A DNA stretch of 63,510 nucleotides, the filler included, from Licmophora abbreviata (taxonomy: Eukaryota): the NCBI GenBank assembly GCA_900291995.1. It is 15 parts of 15 records of this genome, joined end to end, with 100 filler letters (N's around TTAATTAATTAA, not from the genome) between each part and the next. Parts side by side here need not be neighbours in the genome. Positions count along the whole stretch, not along the records: positions 1 to 22,172 come from OLMU01004485.1; positions 22,273 to 25,308 come from OLMU01004488.1; 13 more parts are not named here. One strand, 5' to 3'. The notes beneath the pieces are model-generated. The model did no database searches. It was not told the origin of the DNA and saw only the letters and a program-made list of their open reading frames with translations. Shown here in pieces: positions 12,701 through 24,882 of the stretch (its first letter is position 1; each line of letters starts with the position of its first letter). Made by a program: the position numbers and the translations under genes.

Positions 12701-15700
12701 AAATGGGTCATGTTCAGCGCAGCGTGGAACGAGATCATTGATCACTTTCGAGAGGAAGACATTGTTTCTACATGGGAAAGCGACAATCTCAAGTTCAGCC
12801 GCTTCGACGGCTTTAGCCAAGCAATCTACCTCCCTGTATTCCAGACGGCCGGGGTGACCGAGAACGTTCTCTCCGAGCTTGAACGACCTGCAGATGAGTA
12901 CAAGTCACCGAAGGGGGAAGTAACAGACGAGGAATACTTCAAGCCCATCAGCAAAAATATCATCATGCAAACCGCAGTCTCAGAGGCTTGGGAGCTGGGC
13001 TCGTACATTTTTGCGACGTTACTTGGATCGGTCCATTCGAAAGACATTGAAGCCATTACAGGGACTATCCTGAAGTGGGCAGAAAATGGAACTCTGGCTT
13101 CAAACCTGAAGCTTGAGAACTTTCGAGGCGTCATGAAACACTTTGTCGGATTGGTTACGCTTCTTGAAAAGGGCATGAACAAGCGGAAGCCAGCTCCGGC
13201 ACCGCGCTCCACAAATGCCAAAAAGATGACGGAAGTAAAGCGTGCGGCCCCTCCTGTTGCAAAGGGGAAAATGCGTCGAGTCGTGAGTGCAGGATCGTTG
13301 ACAAGTCTCGAGCCCGAGCCCCTACAGCTCCAGCCTCCTGGTATGGTAATCACTGACACTAGAGAATTAGCCTCGACACTTCAAATGAATCGGCGCTCCT
13401 CTCCCGAAGAGGTGATCGACGCTCTACGCGACCAGGTCCGCGACAAGTTTCGAAGCCTTTCCTACGCGATTAAAAGCTTGCTGAAGAACACGGAGACTGG
13501 TGCCGAAAGTAAGGATGTCTTGGATCGCCTGACATTCCTTCTCAGCATGGAGAATGGATTCCTTTGGGACGACGAGTACGCGTCTGACATGCTCGACAGC
13601 GTCAGTCAAAACCAGACTTTCTGTGGTGTTCTAAAAAAAGTCCACGGCCTCGTCGCCTGCCACCCTGACGATGTCGAGCCTAAGTCAAAAGAAGTGAGGA
13701 GACGCCTGACATTCTTCGTAAATTCGTTGTTCATGGATATGCCCGACGCGCCATCTATTCACGACATGTTCTCTTGGAACGTACTGACTCCGTACTATTC
13801 CGAGGATGTGACGTACACGAAGGGCGATCTGGAGAGGCGTTCCGATGCTCTCGGTGTTTCTACGCTGCTGTATCTTCAGACGTTGTTCCGGGCTGACTGG
13901 AATAACTTCCTTGAGCGCCTTGGCATCGAGGACGAGGAAAAGATCTGGTCAAAGAAGTACGTTGACGAAACTCGTCGCTGGGCGAGCATTCGTGCTCAAA
14001 CGCTTTCGAGGACCGTGAACGGCATGATGTACTACGAGAAAGCGCTCCGACTCCTGGCGAATCTGGAACGTCTGGACGAAGACACCACAAATGATCTAAT
14101 GGGAGAAAAGTTTGGATATGTCGTGTCTTGTCAGGTTTATGGAAGGATGAAAAGAAATCAGGATAGCAAAGCCAACGATATCGACGCCCTCATGCATCGC
14201 TTCCACCACTTGCGGGTAGCCTACATTGACGAAATTCGTCTCAACCGTGCTGGAGCGTCCGTCTACTACTCGGTTCTCGTCAAGAGTAATGGCAGAGGCG
14301 GCATTCAAGAGATCTATCGCGTTCGTCTACCAGGAAACCCAGTGCTTGGCGAAGGAAAGCCTGAGAACCAGAATCATGCCATGATCTTCACTCGTGCCGA
14401 GTTTGTTCAAACAATTGACATGAATCAAGAGGGGTACTTCGAGGAAGCGCTCAAGATGCGGAACTGCCTGCAGGAGTTTGCGAGACGCGATGGCCCTCTT
14501 CCTACAACCATTCTTGGTCTTCGAGAACACATCTTCACCGGTAGTGTTAGCTCTCTGGCGAACTACATGGCTCTACAAGAGATCTCGTTTGTGACGCTTG
14601 GTCAGAGAGTACTGACTAGGCCGCTACGTATGCGTCTACACTATGGCCACCCAGATCTGTTCGACAAGCTGTTCTTCATCACACGCGGTGGAATTAGCAA
14701 AAGCTCCAAGGGTATCAATCTTTCGGAGGATATTTTCGCGGGTTACAACAACGTTATCCGAGGTGGAGCTGTTGGATTTAAGGAATATCTACAAGTGGGC
14801 AAGGGTCGCGACGTCGGCATGAGCCAGATTTACAAGTTCGAAGCAAAGCTAAGTCAGGGTGCTGCGGAGCAGAGCCTCTCTCGAGACGTCTACCGAATGT
14901 GCAACCGCTTGGACTTTTGTCGTTTGCTCTCGTTCTACTATGGCGGTCTTGGTCACTATTTCTCGAACGTGTTGACAGTCCTGACGGTCTATGTCGTTGT
15001 CTACCTGATGGTATTGCTTGCTATTTTCGACTTCGAGAAGATTGGCGATCGGATAATCACACCGATGGGTACAATTCAAATGCTACTTGGAGGTCTAGGT
15101 CTTCTCCAGACAATTCCCTTGTTTGCGACGCTGGGGGTAGAGCGCGGCTGGATGGCCAGCATTCAAGAAATCTTCCACGTTTTCGTCACTGGGGGTCCTT
15201 TACATTTCATGTTTCACATCCAAACCAAGGCTACTTATATGGCACAAACGATATTGGTGGGCGGTGCCAAATATCGGGCCACGGGCCGTGGCTTTGTGAC
15301 ACAGCATACACCCTTTGACGAGCAGTATCGCTTTTTCGCCTCAAGTCATCTGTACCTTGGAGTGGAGCTCGCCGCAGGACTGATTCTCATGGGCGTCTAT
15401 ACTGATGCGAAACAATACTTTGGAAGGACTTGGTCATTATGGTTGGCATCAATTTCTTTTTTGGCGAGTCCCTTTTGGTTTAACCCTTTGACGCTTGACT
15501 GGAACGTTGTTGTCAATGACTACGAGGCGTGGCTGCGGTGGATGCGTGGAAGCACTGGTGGAGCTTCGAAGAGCTGGGCCATGTGGTGGACCGAAGAGAA
15601 CTCTTTCTACAAGACGATGCCTTTACCCTCAAAGATACTATTCATGATCAAAGCTGTGTTGTACTTGCTCATGATGGAAGGAATTCGACGTTCAAATCTC

Positions 15701-16606
15701 TTCCATTCCGACATAACCCTGAACAAACCGCTCATGAGGGTTGGGAACGTGCTGATTTTTGTCGTTGTTCTCCTCGCACTTGGACGCGTCTTCACAGCCA
15801 CTGAGCAGAGGTTGCGGTATCCAATTCGACGGACGATTGGAATTCTGCTCTCGCTCGGAACTCTCGCTGGCGTTCTGACCGTCTTTATCGAAGATACCAA
15901 CTCGATTCGGTATGCTTTGGCAGCGTACTATGGCGTTGGTGCGATTTGTTTGCTGGGTCTCCTGTCAGGTGTCAAGATGGTGAAGCACTTTTACTTTATC
16001 CACGACATGGTCTGCGGTCACCTGCTTTTCCTCCCTTTGTTTGTTTTGGGAGCCCTTCAGCTTCCGAGTCACATTCAAACCTGGCTCTTGTACCATAATG
16101 CTTTGTCCACTGATGTGGTGGTGAGCGACATTCTGAGGTACGCTCGCAAGACACAGGAATCTGGAAGTGGTGGGGAAGGAGCGAACGAGGACTTGATTGA
16201 ACAAGTGACAGAGCTGCGTAAGATTGTGCAAAAGCAAGAGCAGGTTCTGATCAACGCGGGTTTGCTCAGTCAAACATCATCGTCACCGGGCGGCAATGCT
16301 GTCGCCAACTTGGTCAGCTCAGGCAACGACGGAGTAGCTATTCGAGCTGCCAATACCAGTGATATGATGCAGGCAACCAGCGGTGGGGGACTGGGTGGAT
16401 ACGGTCGAGCCGTGAGTATGTCGGGCATGGACCTATGGAACGACATGGCTCTCGGAGTGAGCAACAATGAAACTTCGTCGACGGGTGCTGTAGAGTCACA
16501 AGTCAGGGTGTCTGACCCACCTGCGACGTCTTCAGGCCTGCCGGTTCAGTCTGCTGGCAATGGCGGCTTCTCGTTTACTCAACCGGACACGATGCCGCCA
16601 AGATAA
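9798..16606 (+). CDS. BGS: 1,3-beta-glucan synthase (GT48, callose/chrysolaminarin synthase); exons 9798-9931, 10038-10343, 10442-11363, 11447-16606
   Basis: FKS1 domain (WGEGCNLRHMPECL, RNYDDFNEFFW) and catalytic motifs (GEGKPENQNHA, IDMNQE, LHYGHPD, NLSEDIFAG). Three in-frame GT-AG introns, with a TACTAAC branch site in intron 3. Confidence 0.92.
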
Positions 16607-17023
16607 ATACATTCGTGTCTGTGTGTGTGCTAGATGTGTCTGTGTTGAATGTGTGTGCCGGGAAATATCGAGGTGGCTTCGGTTACACCAGTCCGCTTCT
16701 GCATTATCGATAACGTAATAGCTACTGCGTTGCTTATGATTATTCGTTGAACCGGAGGAGCATGCGCTGCCAAAGAAGAAGGAAGTACATTTAGAGTAGA
16801 GCTACGACCCCGCACTGCCGTCGAAGAGAGAGAAAAAGTTTGGCGCGAAGAAATGGCCGCCACGCGCGCAAAGTGACATTTTGAGTTTTCGAAAAGATTG
16901 CAATAAAAGACACATCGAAAAAGGAAAAAGGGGTTCACGCCGCGTTTGGTTATTATGATGTGTGTGGCATCGAACCATGTTCGAACGTAACAACAGCAGC
17001 GACCGCCAGAACATTCCTCCACC

Positions 17024-18430
17024 ATGACGACAGCATCACCGACGCCTCTGTCCTCACTCGAGGAGGAGCCTTTTCCTTTTTTGACCCCCACATCCTGCAT
17101 GGATCACTACCAGACCCCCTTGCATGCTTGTAGTGTCGAAGCTACCCCGCATCCTTTGAAAGTAGCATCTAGTACTAGTACTAGTACTAATTCTAGCTCT
17201 ACGGTTTGGCCAGTTGCTATTTCCTGCTATCAATTACAACCAGATGGCTCTCGTCGGGGCCATATGGATGTGTTTTTGGTACAAACTCCCGAGATTGACG
17301 CTCCGCCCCAGGATGAACAGGATGCCGTACTGACAAGATTGAAATTCGGTACGCCGTACTCGATTCACAAGGAGTCTGCTGGAATTTTGGATGGCAAGTG
17401 GCATCCGTCCGTAGATCGGAAGAACTCGTTGTACTACGCAACGGCACTGTCATCGGGACACGTGTCGGTGGATCGATTTGATTTTGGTTATGATGATGAT
17501 GATGATGATGATGTTGCATCAGCAGCAGCAACCGAGGATGAGGAATTCCAGAAACAGAATGACTTACCATCACCGCCATTTCGAGTCACAACCGTGGGAA
17601 AGACCGACGATGCCTCTGACGACCAAGAGAAGTCACACTTGTGCCTCTCTCTCAATTGGGACAACACGTCTCACACTCATGACGACGACGACGACGACGA
17701 CAGCAACAACACTGCCTCCCGTATTGTCTCTACGTACTCGGATGGAAAGATTGCCATTCACGACGTGGCCTTTACAGAATCGTCCGTGCAACTCTTACCG
17801 CGCGACTCATGGACAGCTCATACGTCTTTTGTCGGAGACACAGCAGCCGAAGTGTGGTGTGCCTGCTTTGTGGACGACAAGAATAGTCCGAACAGCGGCA
17901 ATAACACCAACTTGATCCTATCTGGAGGCGACGACAGCAAGATGAAACTTTGGGATCTCCGCAGTACCACCCGTCCTTCTCAAGTTGTACAGCCCTTTGA
18001 TGCAGGCGTGACGGTAGTATCCTGTGACCCCCGTCGGGAGTACTTTGTGGCGTGTGGAAGTTACGACGAGACCGTGGCACTCTACGATGTACGGTATGCC
18101 TCGCGACGACCCATGGCGCGGTCGTCTCCGCTCGGGGGTGGTATTTGGAGGATTCAGTGGCATCCACATGAAGATCAGAGATTGTTATTGGCGTGTATGC
18201 ATGGAGGATGCCGAGTGGTCAATGTTGACATGCTGAATGATGACGAGGTCTTTACGACGACGAGGAAGTTTACGCAGCATGACAGCATGGCGTATGGAGC
18301 GGCGTGGTTGGTGTGTCGACATCCGGTTCCGAAACGAGAAGAGTATTATGAAGCAGCAGTCAGTTGCTCGTTCTATGACAAGGCGGCCTTCTTGTGGAGG
18401 CCTGTAAGGAGCAATGCTGCGGAGATCTGA
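17024..18430 (+). CDS. DPH7: Diphthine methyl ester acylhydrolase DPH7/WDR85 (WD40)
   Basis: GILDGKW, SGGDD, GSYDE, GGGIWRIQWHP, ACMHGG, HDSMAYG and CSFYD motifs. Confidence 0.85.
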   Translation: MTTASPTPLSSLEEEPFPFLTPTSCMDHYQTPLHACSVEATPHPLKVASSTSTSTNSSSTVWPVAISCYQLQPDGSRRGHMDVFLVQTPEIDAPPQDEQDAVLTRLKFGTPYSIHKESAGILDGKWHPSVDRKNSLYYATALSSGHVSVDRFDFGYDDDDDDDVASAAATEDEEFQKQNDLPSPPFRVTTVGKTDDASDDQEKSHLCLSLNWDNTSHTHDDDDDDDSNNTASRIVSTYSDGKIAIHDVAFTESSVQLLPRDSWTAHTSFVGDTAAEVWCACFVDDKNSPNSGNNTNLILSGGDDSKMKLWDLRSTTRPSQVVQPFDAGVTVVSCDPRREYFVACGSYDETVALYDVRYASRRPMARSSPLGGGIWRIQWHPHEDQRLLLACMHGGCRVVNVDMLNDDEVFTTTRKFTQHDSMAYGAAWLVCRHPVPKREEYYEAAVSCSFYDKAAFLWRPVRSNAAEI

Positions 18431-18599
18431 GAAATTTTAGAGTCATGATGGTGTGAAGTGTGTACGTATGGAGTCGACTAGCATTTGTTATAGAGCTGTG
18501 ACTGAAAGCCAATCTCTAGAGGAGGGTTGAAAGAGACTTTCAACTTGTATGCAACTACCTGGTACCGATGGTACTGGTTGTTTTATGATGGAAGCACTT

Positions 18600-21500
18600 T
18601 TATTCTCTCGGACTGTCGGGTAGGGTCTCGACGTCCAGACCATCACCGTTAACTAGTTCGGGGGCCGTGACACCAACTTCTTGGTCATCAAGCTCGAGAG
18701 GCATGATAGAAGCTTCCTCGTCTGCCGCAGTTTCCAAATCCTCAACTTCCTGATCCATTTCGAGCACCTCTAGCGAGTCGGCCTCACGGATGACTTGCTC
18801 GTCCCTAGCATCGGCGTCACCCTTGTCGTCGTCGTCCAGATGAGAGTACTCTTCCGTCAGTTCGAAGCTATCGGCTCCCGGAGGAGCGAGTAAAATCGCC
18901 TCCGTTTCCAACATTTCCTCCTCAACCGCTTCTCGTAGTTCCTCGACCTGCTTTGTGTAGTCTGCATATGACATCGGAGTTTCTTCGACCGGCTCGACCT
19001 GAGCCTCCCATTCTTCGTCGGCCAACATTTGTGAAAGTCGGCACTCTTGTCCATCCGAGCCCACTTCGTCGTGCCACAGCAAGTCACTGTAAACTGAAGA
19101 GTCGATATTGAATGGAAGCTGCGTGGAACCTTCGTCATCGTCCAATTGGACGCCAGGGCGTACTGGTACAGAGCGAGTCCTGCGATTCACGCCCCCTGCT
19201 TCTTCTAGATCACCGACGGCCGTGTCACCCCAAAGCGAAGCAATGCTCGAAAACGATTCAGCGCCGAGTACTTGTCCATTGTCCTCTACCTCGGCAGGAG
19301 ACGAAACACTATCACCCGACCACAGCTGCGTGATCCCCTCGAACTGGTTCTCCTCGTATGACAGCGACGCTGGTTCTGGTACTCCCTCCAGCGCCGACGG
19401 ATCTTCCGGAGGAGCGCCCCACAGTTGCGATATCCCGTCCAGTCTTGTCTGATCATACTTGAGTACTCCATCCAGTTCCTTGCGATCGGGTCGCACCATT
19501 GGAGGGCCTTCCACAGCCCCAACTTTATTTTCCTTGGTCGACACTGAAGTCTCGGTTCCGGGCGACGCTTCCAGAATCTCGGCAGTTTCGCGGAGCTCGT
19601 TGGCCGCAGTTTCGACAATTTCTTTGGCTCGCGATTGAAAATCCTCTAGCGACAAGGCTTCTTCATTCTTTTCCTGTTCCTCAATCTCTTCCTCCCACTC
19701 TTCATCTGAAAGCTGCTCTGAAAGACGATACTCTTTGCCATCCTCTCCGACCTCATCGTGCCAATCCAGGTCGACAAACTGCTCGAAGTTTTCTAGCGAG
19801 AAACTGTAAAGATTGGACTCTTCTTCTCCCTTCTCCTCGGTGACATTCTCTTCCATGAAGGGCGCTTCCTTTTCGTCCGACACTACCGCGCGGACGGTAG
19901 TATCCGTGGAGGGTGTATCATCCCCATTCACCGGTTCACCAACCCCCACCATACCTACAGGGGACAGCTCCGACCTAAGAGCAGACTCAATCACCGATCG
20001 AATCACTGGCTTCAGCGCAGTCAAGTTTTTCATCAAATCCAGATCCTTGGGAATATCTTCGGGCTGCTTCAAGGTGACCGGCGTTCCATCCTCGAGCGTG
20101 TACACCTTGTGCACCGACCGTGTCTCTTCATCGCTCGTGGCATTCCCATTGGAATGTCGAAAGACACCCTCTTCCACCTTGATTTTCTTGGAAATAGAGT
20201 CAATCAGTGTTTCATCGTCTACAACAACTGTAGTATTAGACAAGGTCGCATTCCTCGCTATATCCTCGAGCTCCTCCAGACGCAGCCTTTCCTCGTCATT
20301 TTCTCGCTGGATCCGTTCCGCTTCCTCCCGATCACGCTTTTCCTGCTGCTCTCGTTCCTTCTGCTGCCTGTCTTCTTCCATTTGTGCCAGTTCCTCGACA
20401 CTGTACCCACGAAGCGGTAGGAGATAATCAAAGAGTTCACCATCCCTCAGTCTCTGCGACGAGAATGGTTGTTCTTCAAACGAGTTCATCCATCGCACCG
20501 TCCCACTGTTGGTCTCGGCAATCAGCGTATCGACACAGAGGGGGTCTTCCCCCTTGCCATAATTCTCATTATCATATGGATCCAAGAATTGTTTGGCCAG
20601 ATCAAAGAGTCCCTGATAAAACATGGTCAACAAGCCCGACCCCACGACTCCCAAAACCGGCGACATGCCAACACTAAAACTCATAATGGGATACATCCAC
20701 AAGACAACGTCCACAAGTACTTGTACAATATGCGCATAGGCCAAGGGCATACGCCCCTGCAGTTCATCCCCAATCGCCCCATACTGCGCTCGAATGACAT
20801 GTACTTTTTCCATGAATTGCTGTTCAAATCCCGCACCGCCCACCACATGTCCCGCCTGACGGCCTTCCAGAAAGGCCCGAATGATCCAGAGTATCAAGGC
20901 ATTGTGCCGCTGCGTGGCGGGGACTTTGGCATCCACGAGGACTTGCCGTTCGAGGGGTGTCAGGAGTCCGCGTTCGACGAGGCGGCGCATGCCGCGGGGT
21001 GTGAGAATGGGACGGTGGGAGCGGGTGAAGGAGGCGTAGGTTAAGAGATTGAAGAGTCGAATGTAGCGACTGATGAGTTCCAGTAACTGTCGACTGGCGG
21101 AAGTAAAGGTGGATGGTTCGGTGGGAGAGGCGGGTGTTTTGCGGGAGGCATGTGCTGCGAGGGTCATGCCCAAGTCGTTGAGGCGACCCTGCAGGCGTCT
21201 GGATAGTTCGTAGCACTTGCGCCAGAGGGCGTAGGACTGATTCAGAAAGAAGGTGAGCGTAAAGGTCGTGACCGAGAGAAGCTGTCCCCAGAGTGTACCG
21301 AAGCCGCTGAGATAGTCCGACGTGGCTTGTTTCCCAATGGCTCCCAAAGCAAGGTATACTACAAGTCCCCATCCCATCTTGGCCACCGCACTGGGCCAGG
21401 TTTCACTAAAGACGGTTCCCTTCCAGCGTCTCCAGATGGATCCCGACGAGGGGTCAAAGTGCATCATGATGGTGCGTCGTGCCGAAGTCCGGACCGACTC

Positions 21501-21830
21501 GTCAATGAGGTCGTCGAGTAAATTCTGCGTGGAAGCTTGTTCGATAATGGACTCGGGTGTGGTCAAGACCATGCGATGGATGGTGTGGGAAGAAGAAAAG
21601 GGTCTTGACGAAGGAAAGAGCGTCGTCGACAATGAGCGTTGTTGACGACGCTGAGCCAAAAGAGACATGGATAGATTGATTGGTGTTGTTGTTATTCGAT
21701 GATGCGTACTGCTTTTCAATGGCAAGGCTGTGGTCGAGCAGTAGGGTAACAACAGCAAAAGGAGGTAGCAGAGGGGAGTTCTTGATTGACTTTTCCTTCT
21801 CTTTGCACAGTCGTCGTCCGTATACAGCAT
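18600..21830 (-). CDS. Bestrophin-family anion channel, probably plastid-targeted, with a long acidic C-terminal tail (start codon uncertain)
   Basis: TFTLTFFLNQSYALW, RMPLAY and KQFLDPY motifs. Hydrophobic signal (LLLLLLPYCSTTA|L) followed by a Ser/Thr/Arg-rich transit-like peptide. Confidence 0.75.
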   Translation of the reverse strand: MLYTDDDCAKRRKSQSRTPLCYLLLLLLPYCSTTALPLKSSTHHRITTTPINLSMSLLAQRRQQRSLSTTLFPSSRPFSSSHTIHRMVLTTPESIIEQASTQNLLDDLIDESVRTSARRTIMMHFDPSSGSIWRRWKGTVFSETWPSAVAKMGWGLVVYLALGAIGKQATSDYLSGFGTLWGQLLSVTTFTLTFFLNQSYALWRKCYELSRRLQGRLNDLGMTLAAHASRKTPASPTEPSTFTSASRQLLELISRYIRLFNLLTYASFTRSHRPILTPRGMRRLVERGLLTPLERQVLVDAKVPATQRHNALILWIIRAFLEGRQAGHVVGGAGFEQQFMEKVHVIRAQYGAIGDELQGRMPLAYAHIVQVLVDVVLWMYPIMSFSVGMSPVLGVVGSGLLTMFYQGLFDLAKQFLDPYDNENYGKGEDPLCVDTLIAETNSGTVRWMNSFEEQPFSSQRLRDGELFDYLLPLRGYSVEELAQMEEDRQQKEREQQEKRDREEAERIQRENDEERLRLEELEDIARNATLSNTTVVVDDETLIDSISKKIKVEEGVFRHSNGNATSDEETRSVHKVYTLEDGTPVTLKQPEDIPKDLDLMKNLTALKPVIRSVIESALRSELSPVGMVGVGEPVNGDDTPSTDTTVRAVVSDEKEAPFMEENVTEEKGEEESNLYSFSLENFEQFVDLDWHDEVGEDGKEYRLSEQLSDEEWEEEIEEQEKNEEALSLEDFQSRAKEIVETAANELRETAEILEASPGTETSVSTKENKVGAVEGPPMVRPDRKELDGVLKYDQTRLDGISQLWGAPPEDPSALEGVPEPASLSYEENQFEGITQLWSGDSVSSPAEVEDNGQVLGAESFSSIASLWGDTAVGDLEEAGGVNRRTRSVPVRPGVQLDDDEGSTQLPFNIDSSVYSDLLWHDEVGSDGQECRLSQMLADEEWEAQVEPVEETPMSYADYTKQVEELREAVEEEMLETEAILLAPPGADSFELTEEYSHLDDDDKGDADARDEQVIREADSLEVLEMDQEVEDLETAADEEASIMPLELDDQEVGVTAPELVNGDGLDVETLPDSPRE

Positions 21831-22172
21831 GAAATTGATCTCTGAACTACAGCAAGGATGAGTACTGGTAGTATCTGGTCGTCGTCGTCGTCGGCGGCGG
21901 CGCTTCAAGCTGCTGCTGCTGCTACTGGTCATCATCGTCATCATGGTGAACGGCGCAGCGCGATGGATTTTTTGATTTCTGTTTTGGAGTATTGTACGTG
22001 TAGTAGTGTGATGGAATCGTCGAAAAGGAATCTGAAACATCGTTGAAACGACGAGAACACACAAAAAGAGTACGCAAGTTTAAAGTTTAGACTCATCTCT
22101 CATCTGGCACCATGGCGCAACGTGGTCTACTAGTATTGCAAGTAGTCCTCTCGGTAGAGCTCTTTTGTGCAG

Positions 22173-22272
22173 NNNNNNNNNNNNNNNNNNNNNNNNNNNN
22201 NNNNNNNNNNNNNNNNTTAATTAATTAANNNNNNNNNNNNNNNNNNNNNNNNNNNNNNNNNNNNNNNNNNNN
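22173..22272. other. Artificial contig spacer (N run + TTAATTAATTAA + N run); same spacer at 25309, 30410, 33181, 35474, 38272, 41651, 43626, 47681, 53585, 55942, 57780, 59765, 61884
   Basis: Identical 100-nt spacers carrying stop codons in all six frames. Confidence 0.98.
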
Positions 22273-22706
22273 TACTACGCGTACCCCAAAGTCGCTACGC
22301 CAACAGCGACGTCAACAGCGCGTCTCACAGAAGGCACACTTGCTCGGGGATCGGGGGAGTGCCGGGAAAACACCACCGCCCTCATCAGGCGCCACAAAGA
22401 CGCTCGAGAGATTGACCTTGGCAGCGTCGACGACATCATCTCACGTGGTGGACTACTTTGAAACCCCGCGTGCGGAATCGAGATCGACAAGACATACTCC
22501 TGGCTCGTCGAGCACCGTCTTTGAGACACCTCAATCTGCGTCGATGCTTCCAACAAGTGCATCCAGTGCGACAGCAAGCGGAGCTACCTCTCGTGGTCGT
22601 CCTGCAAGCCTGCCCTTTACACTACTCTCCTCTCCTCCTCTACATTCCACGTCGGCATTCATGACCCCAACTGCGAACCCCCACGACCATTGCGACTCCC
22701 TCCACC

Positions 22707-24737
22707 ATGGATCGCAGTCGCAGCGCCTCGGTCGACCTTCGACGGAACGCCTCGGTCGAACGCTGGCGCAGCGCCGGTCGACTGTACGCCTGTGCCACGT
22801 CAACGAGTACCCAGCGCCGCAGTCGTTCCGCGTCGTCTCCACGCAATGGATGCACTGCTAGACGAGGCGCTGCTCACACAGCTACTACACCCGAGCCACC
22901 ACACTCTCGATCGACCGCAACGTTGCAGAGTGCAGCGAAACTCTATGCGCGAGCAACGGCTTCATCGGTTCCTGCGATAGAAACCACTACTTCTACCCAT
23001 AGCAATTCTAAGAATGACACGACGAAGTTGTGGAGCAGTAAACGTCGATCGCGATCTATCCAGAAAGCACGGAATGCCATGGGACGCAAGGAGCGCCCCA
23101 AGACTCCGGAATTTCCCCGCAGCAATGATCGTCGCAGTCGTACATTGACACCTCCGCGTGGTCGGAATTCTAACACACCCTCCGGTGGCAGCACGAGACG
23201 AAACTTGGACAAGCGGACGGCACGGTTGATGCATGGGACAACCTTTGCGTCGAATATTGTCAAGCATCGACAGCAGTCGGCCTCGCCGCGTCCGGTGCAT
23301 GCCCTCACTATTTTGGAACGAGGCACGGAGGAATACGGTGGAGTGTCGGTGGTAGTTCGCAAGCGTCCCATTTTCGAATACGAGACGCAAGGGGGCGATT
23401 TCGATGTCGTGTTTACGGAAGCGCGCAGCAATCACAGGGATGCCGTTGTGGTATATTCAACCATGATGCATCCTGATATGCGGCAGATGCTTGTCAAGCC
23501 GCATGCGTTCACGTGTTCCGCTGCCTTTGATGAAGACTGTACTAATGACGACATGTATCAAAGTGTTGGACAGCCGCTGGTAGAACGCGTGATCAATGGA
23601 GGCATGGCGACATTGCTTATGTTTGGGCAAACAGGCACTGGAAAGACGCACACCATGACGGGAATGGAGGAGCGCATGGCAATGAGTTTGTTTGACCTTT
23701 TATCGATGGCACCGAGTACGACGGATGTGCACGTGACGGCGCAGTTCGTGGAGTTGAGCGGCAAGCAGTGTCGTGACTTGTTGGAAGGCGGGGATGTCCG
23801 AGTTGCGGAGCATGCAAACGGATCTGTGAAGTTGATGAATGCGGCACGCATGCAAGTGATGTCCGCACAAGAACTGTGCGAATTGATATGTCATGGCAAG
23901 AAACAGCGAGCTACGGAATCTACGGGTTGCAACAGCGTTTCGTCCCGCTCTCATGCCATTTGTCAAATCACGGTCGCCAGCCAAGACGGAGTACGTGCGG
24001 GCTGTGTGTGTGATTATCGCTGTTCTGTAAACTTCTTGCTGACATTCTTCCATTGATCGCAGGAAACAACCCGTCGAGGAGTTCTCACTCTCTTGGATTG
24101 CGCCGGAACTGAGAGACGAAATGACAGCGCCCTTCACTGTCGAGATCGTCAAAAGGAAAGTGCCGAAATCAACTCCAGTTTATGGGCTCTCAAGGAGTGC
24201 ATTCGAGCGCGAGCAGCAGTTGATAAAAGCAAGCGCACGCACGTTCCATACCGATCCAGCAACTTGACACGGATTCTCCGCGAAACTCTGGAGCGAGACG
24301 ATGCCCTGCTGTGCGTCGTTGCAACCGTAGCACCTGGCGCCACAAACACAGAACATACTCTAGAGACTCTCCGAACCGTGTCGAAGTTGGTTGGAATGGA
24401 CGGCGCACTTGAAGACGGCAAAGCTCACGTGGTTTCCAATTCTCCCACCAAAGAAGAAGGGCCCTTGGCTCCTAAACAGTGGAATCATTCGCAACTGGTC
24501 GATTTCCTCAAGCGGAAGCGTTTGTTTGTGAACGACGTTCCTGGCCACATGGACGGACGATTTGTCATGCGCCTTTCTCCCATCCAGCTCAAGAATCTCT
24601 TGTATGACAACCGAGAACATACTGACAAAGGGGACATTTTATTCAAGTCTCTCCGGGCTGAGAATGATCGTGTGTCGCGCATCCTCATCAAGCGTCGACT
24701 AGCCACGTCGCGGGGGCATGGTCCCCTCCCAAAGTAG
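22707..24737 (+). CDS. Kinesin motor protein, kinesin-13-like; intron 23991-24062; N-terminus probably extends upstream across a frameshift near 22680
   Basis: GQTGTGKT P-loop, NSVSSRSH switch I, DCAGTER switch II, INSSLWALKECIRA, HVPYRSSNLT. Phase-0 GTACGT...GCAG intron. Confidence 0.85.
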
Positions 24738-24882
24738 ACTAGTTCTTGAAAATAAGCGCGGAGACTTCTATCTTTCAGACGTTAGTAGATCTGTACCTAT
24801 TCGCGTCTGCTAATTGGTTGTCTGCACCTTCATTGGGGATTGACAGCGTCTCGTTACACTAGTTCTGTACTCGTAGTCGGAC

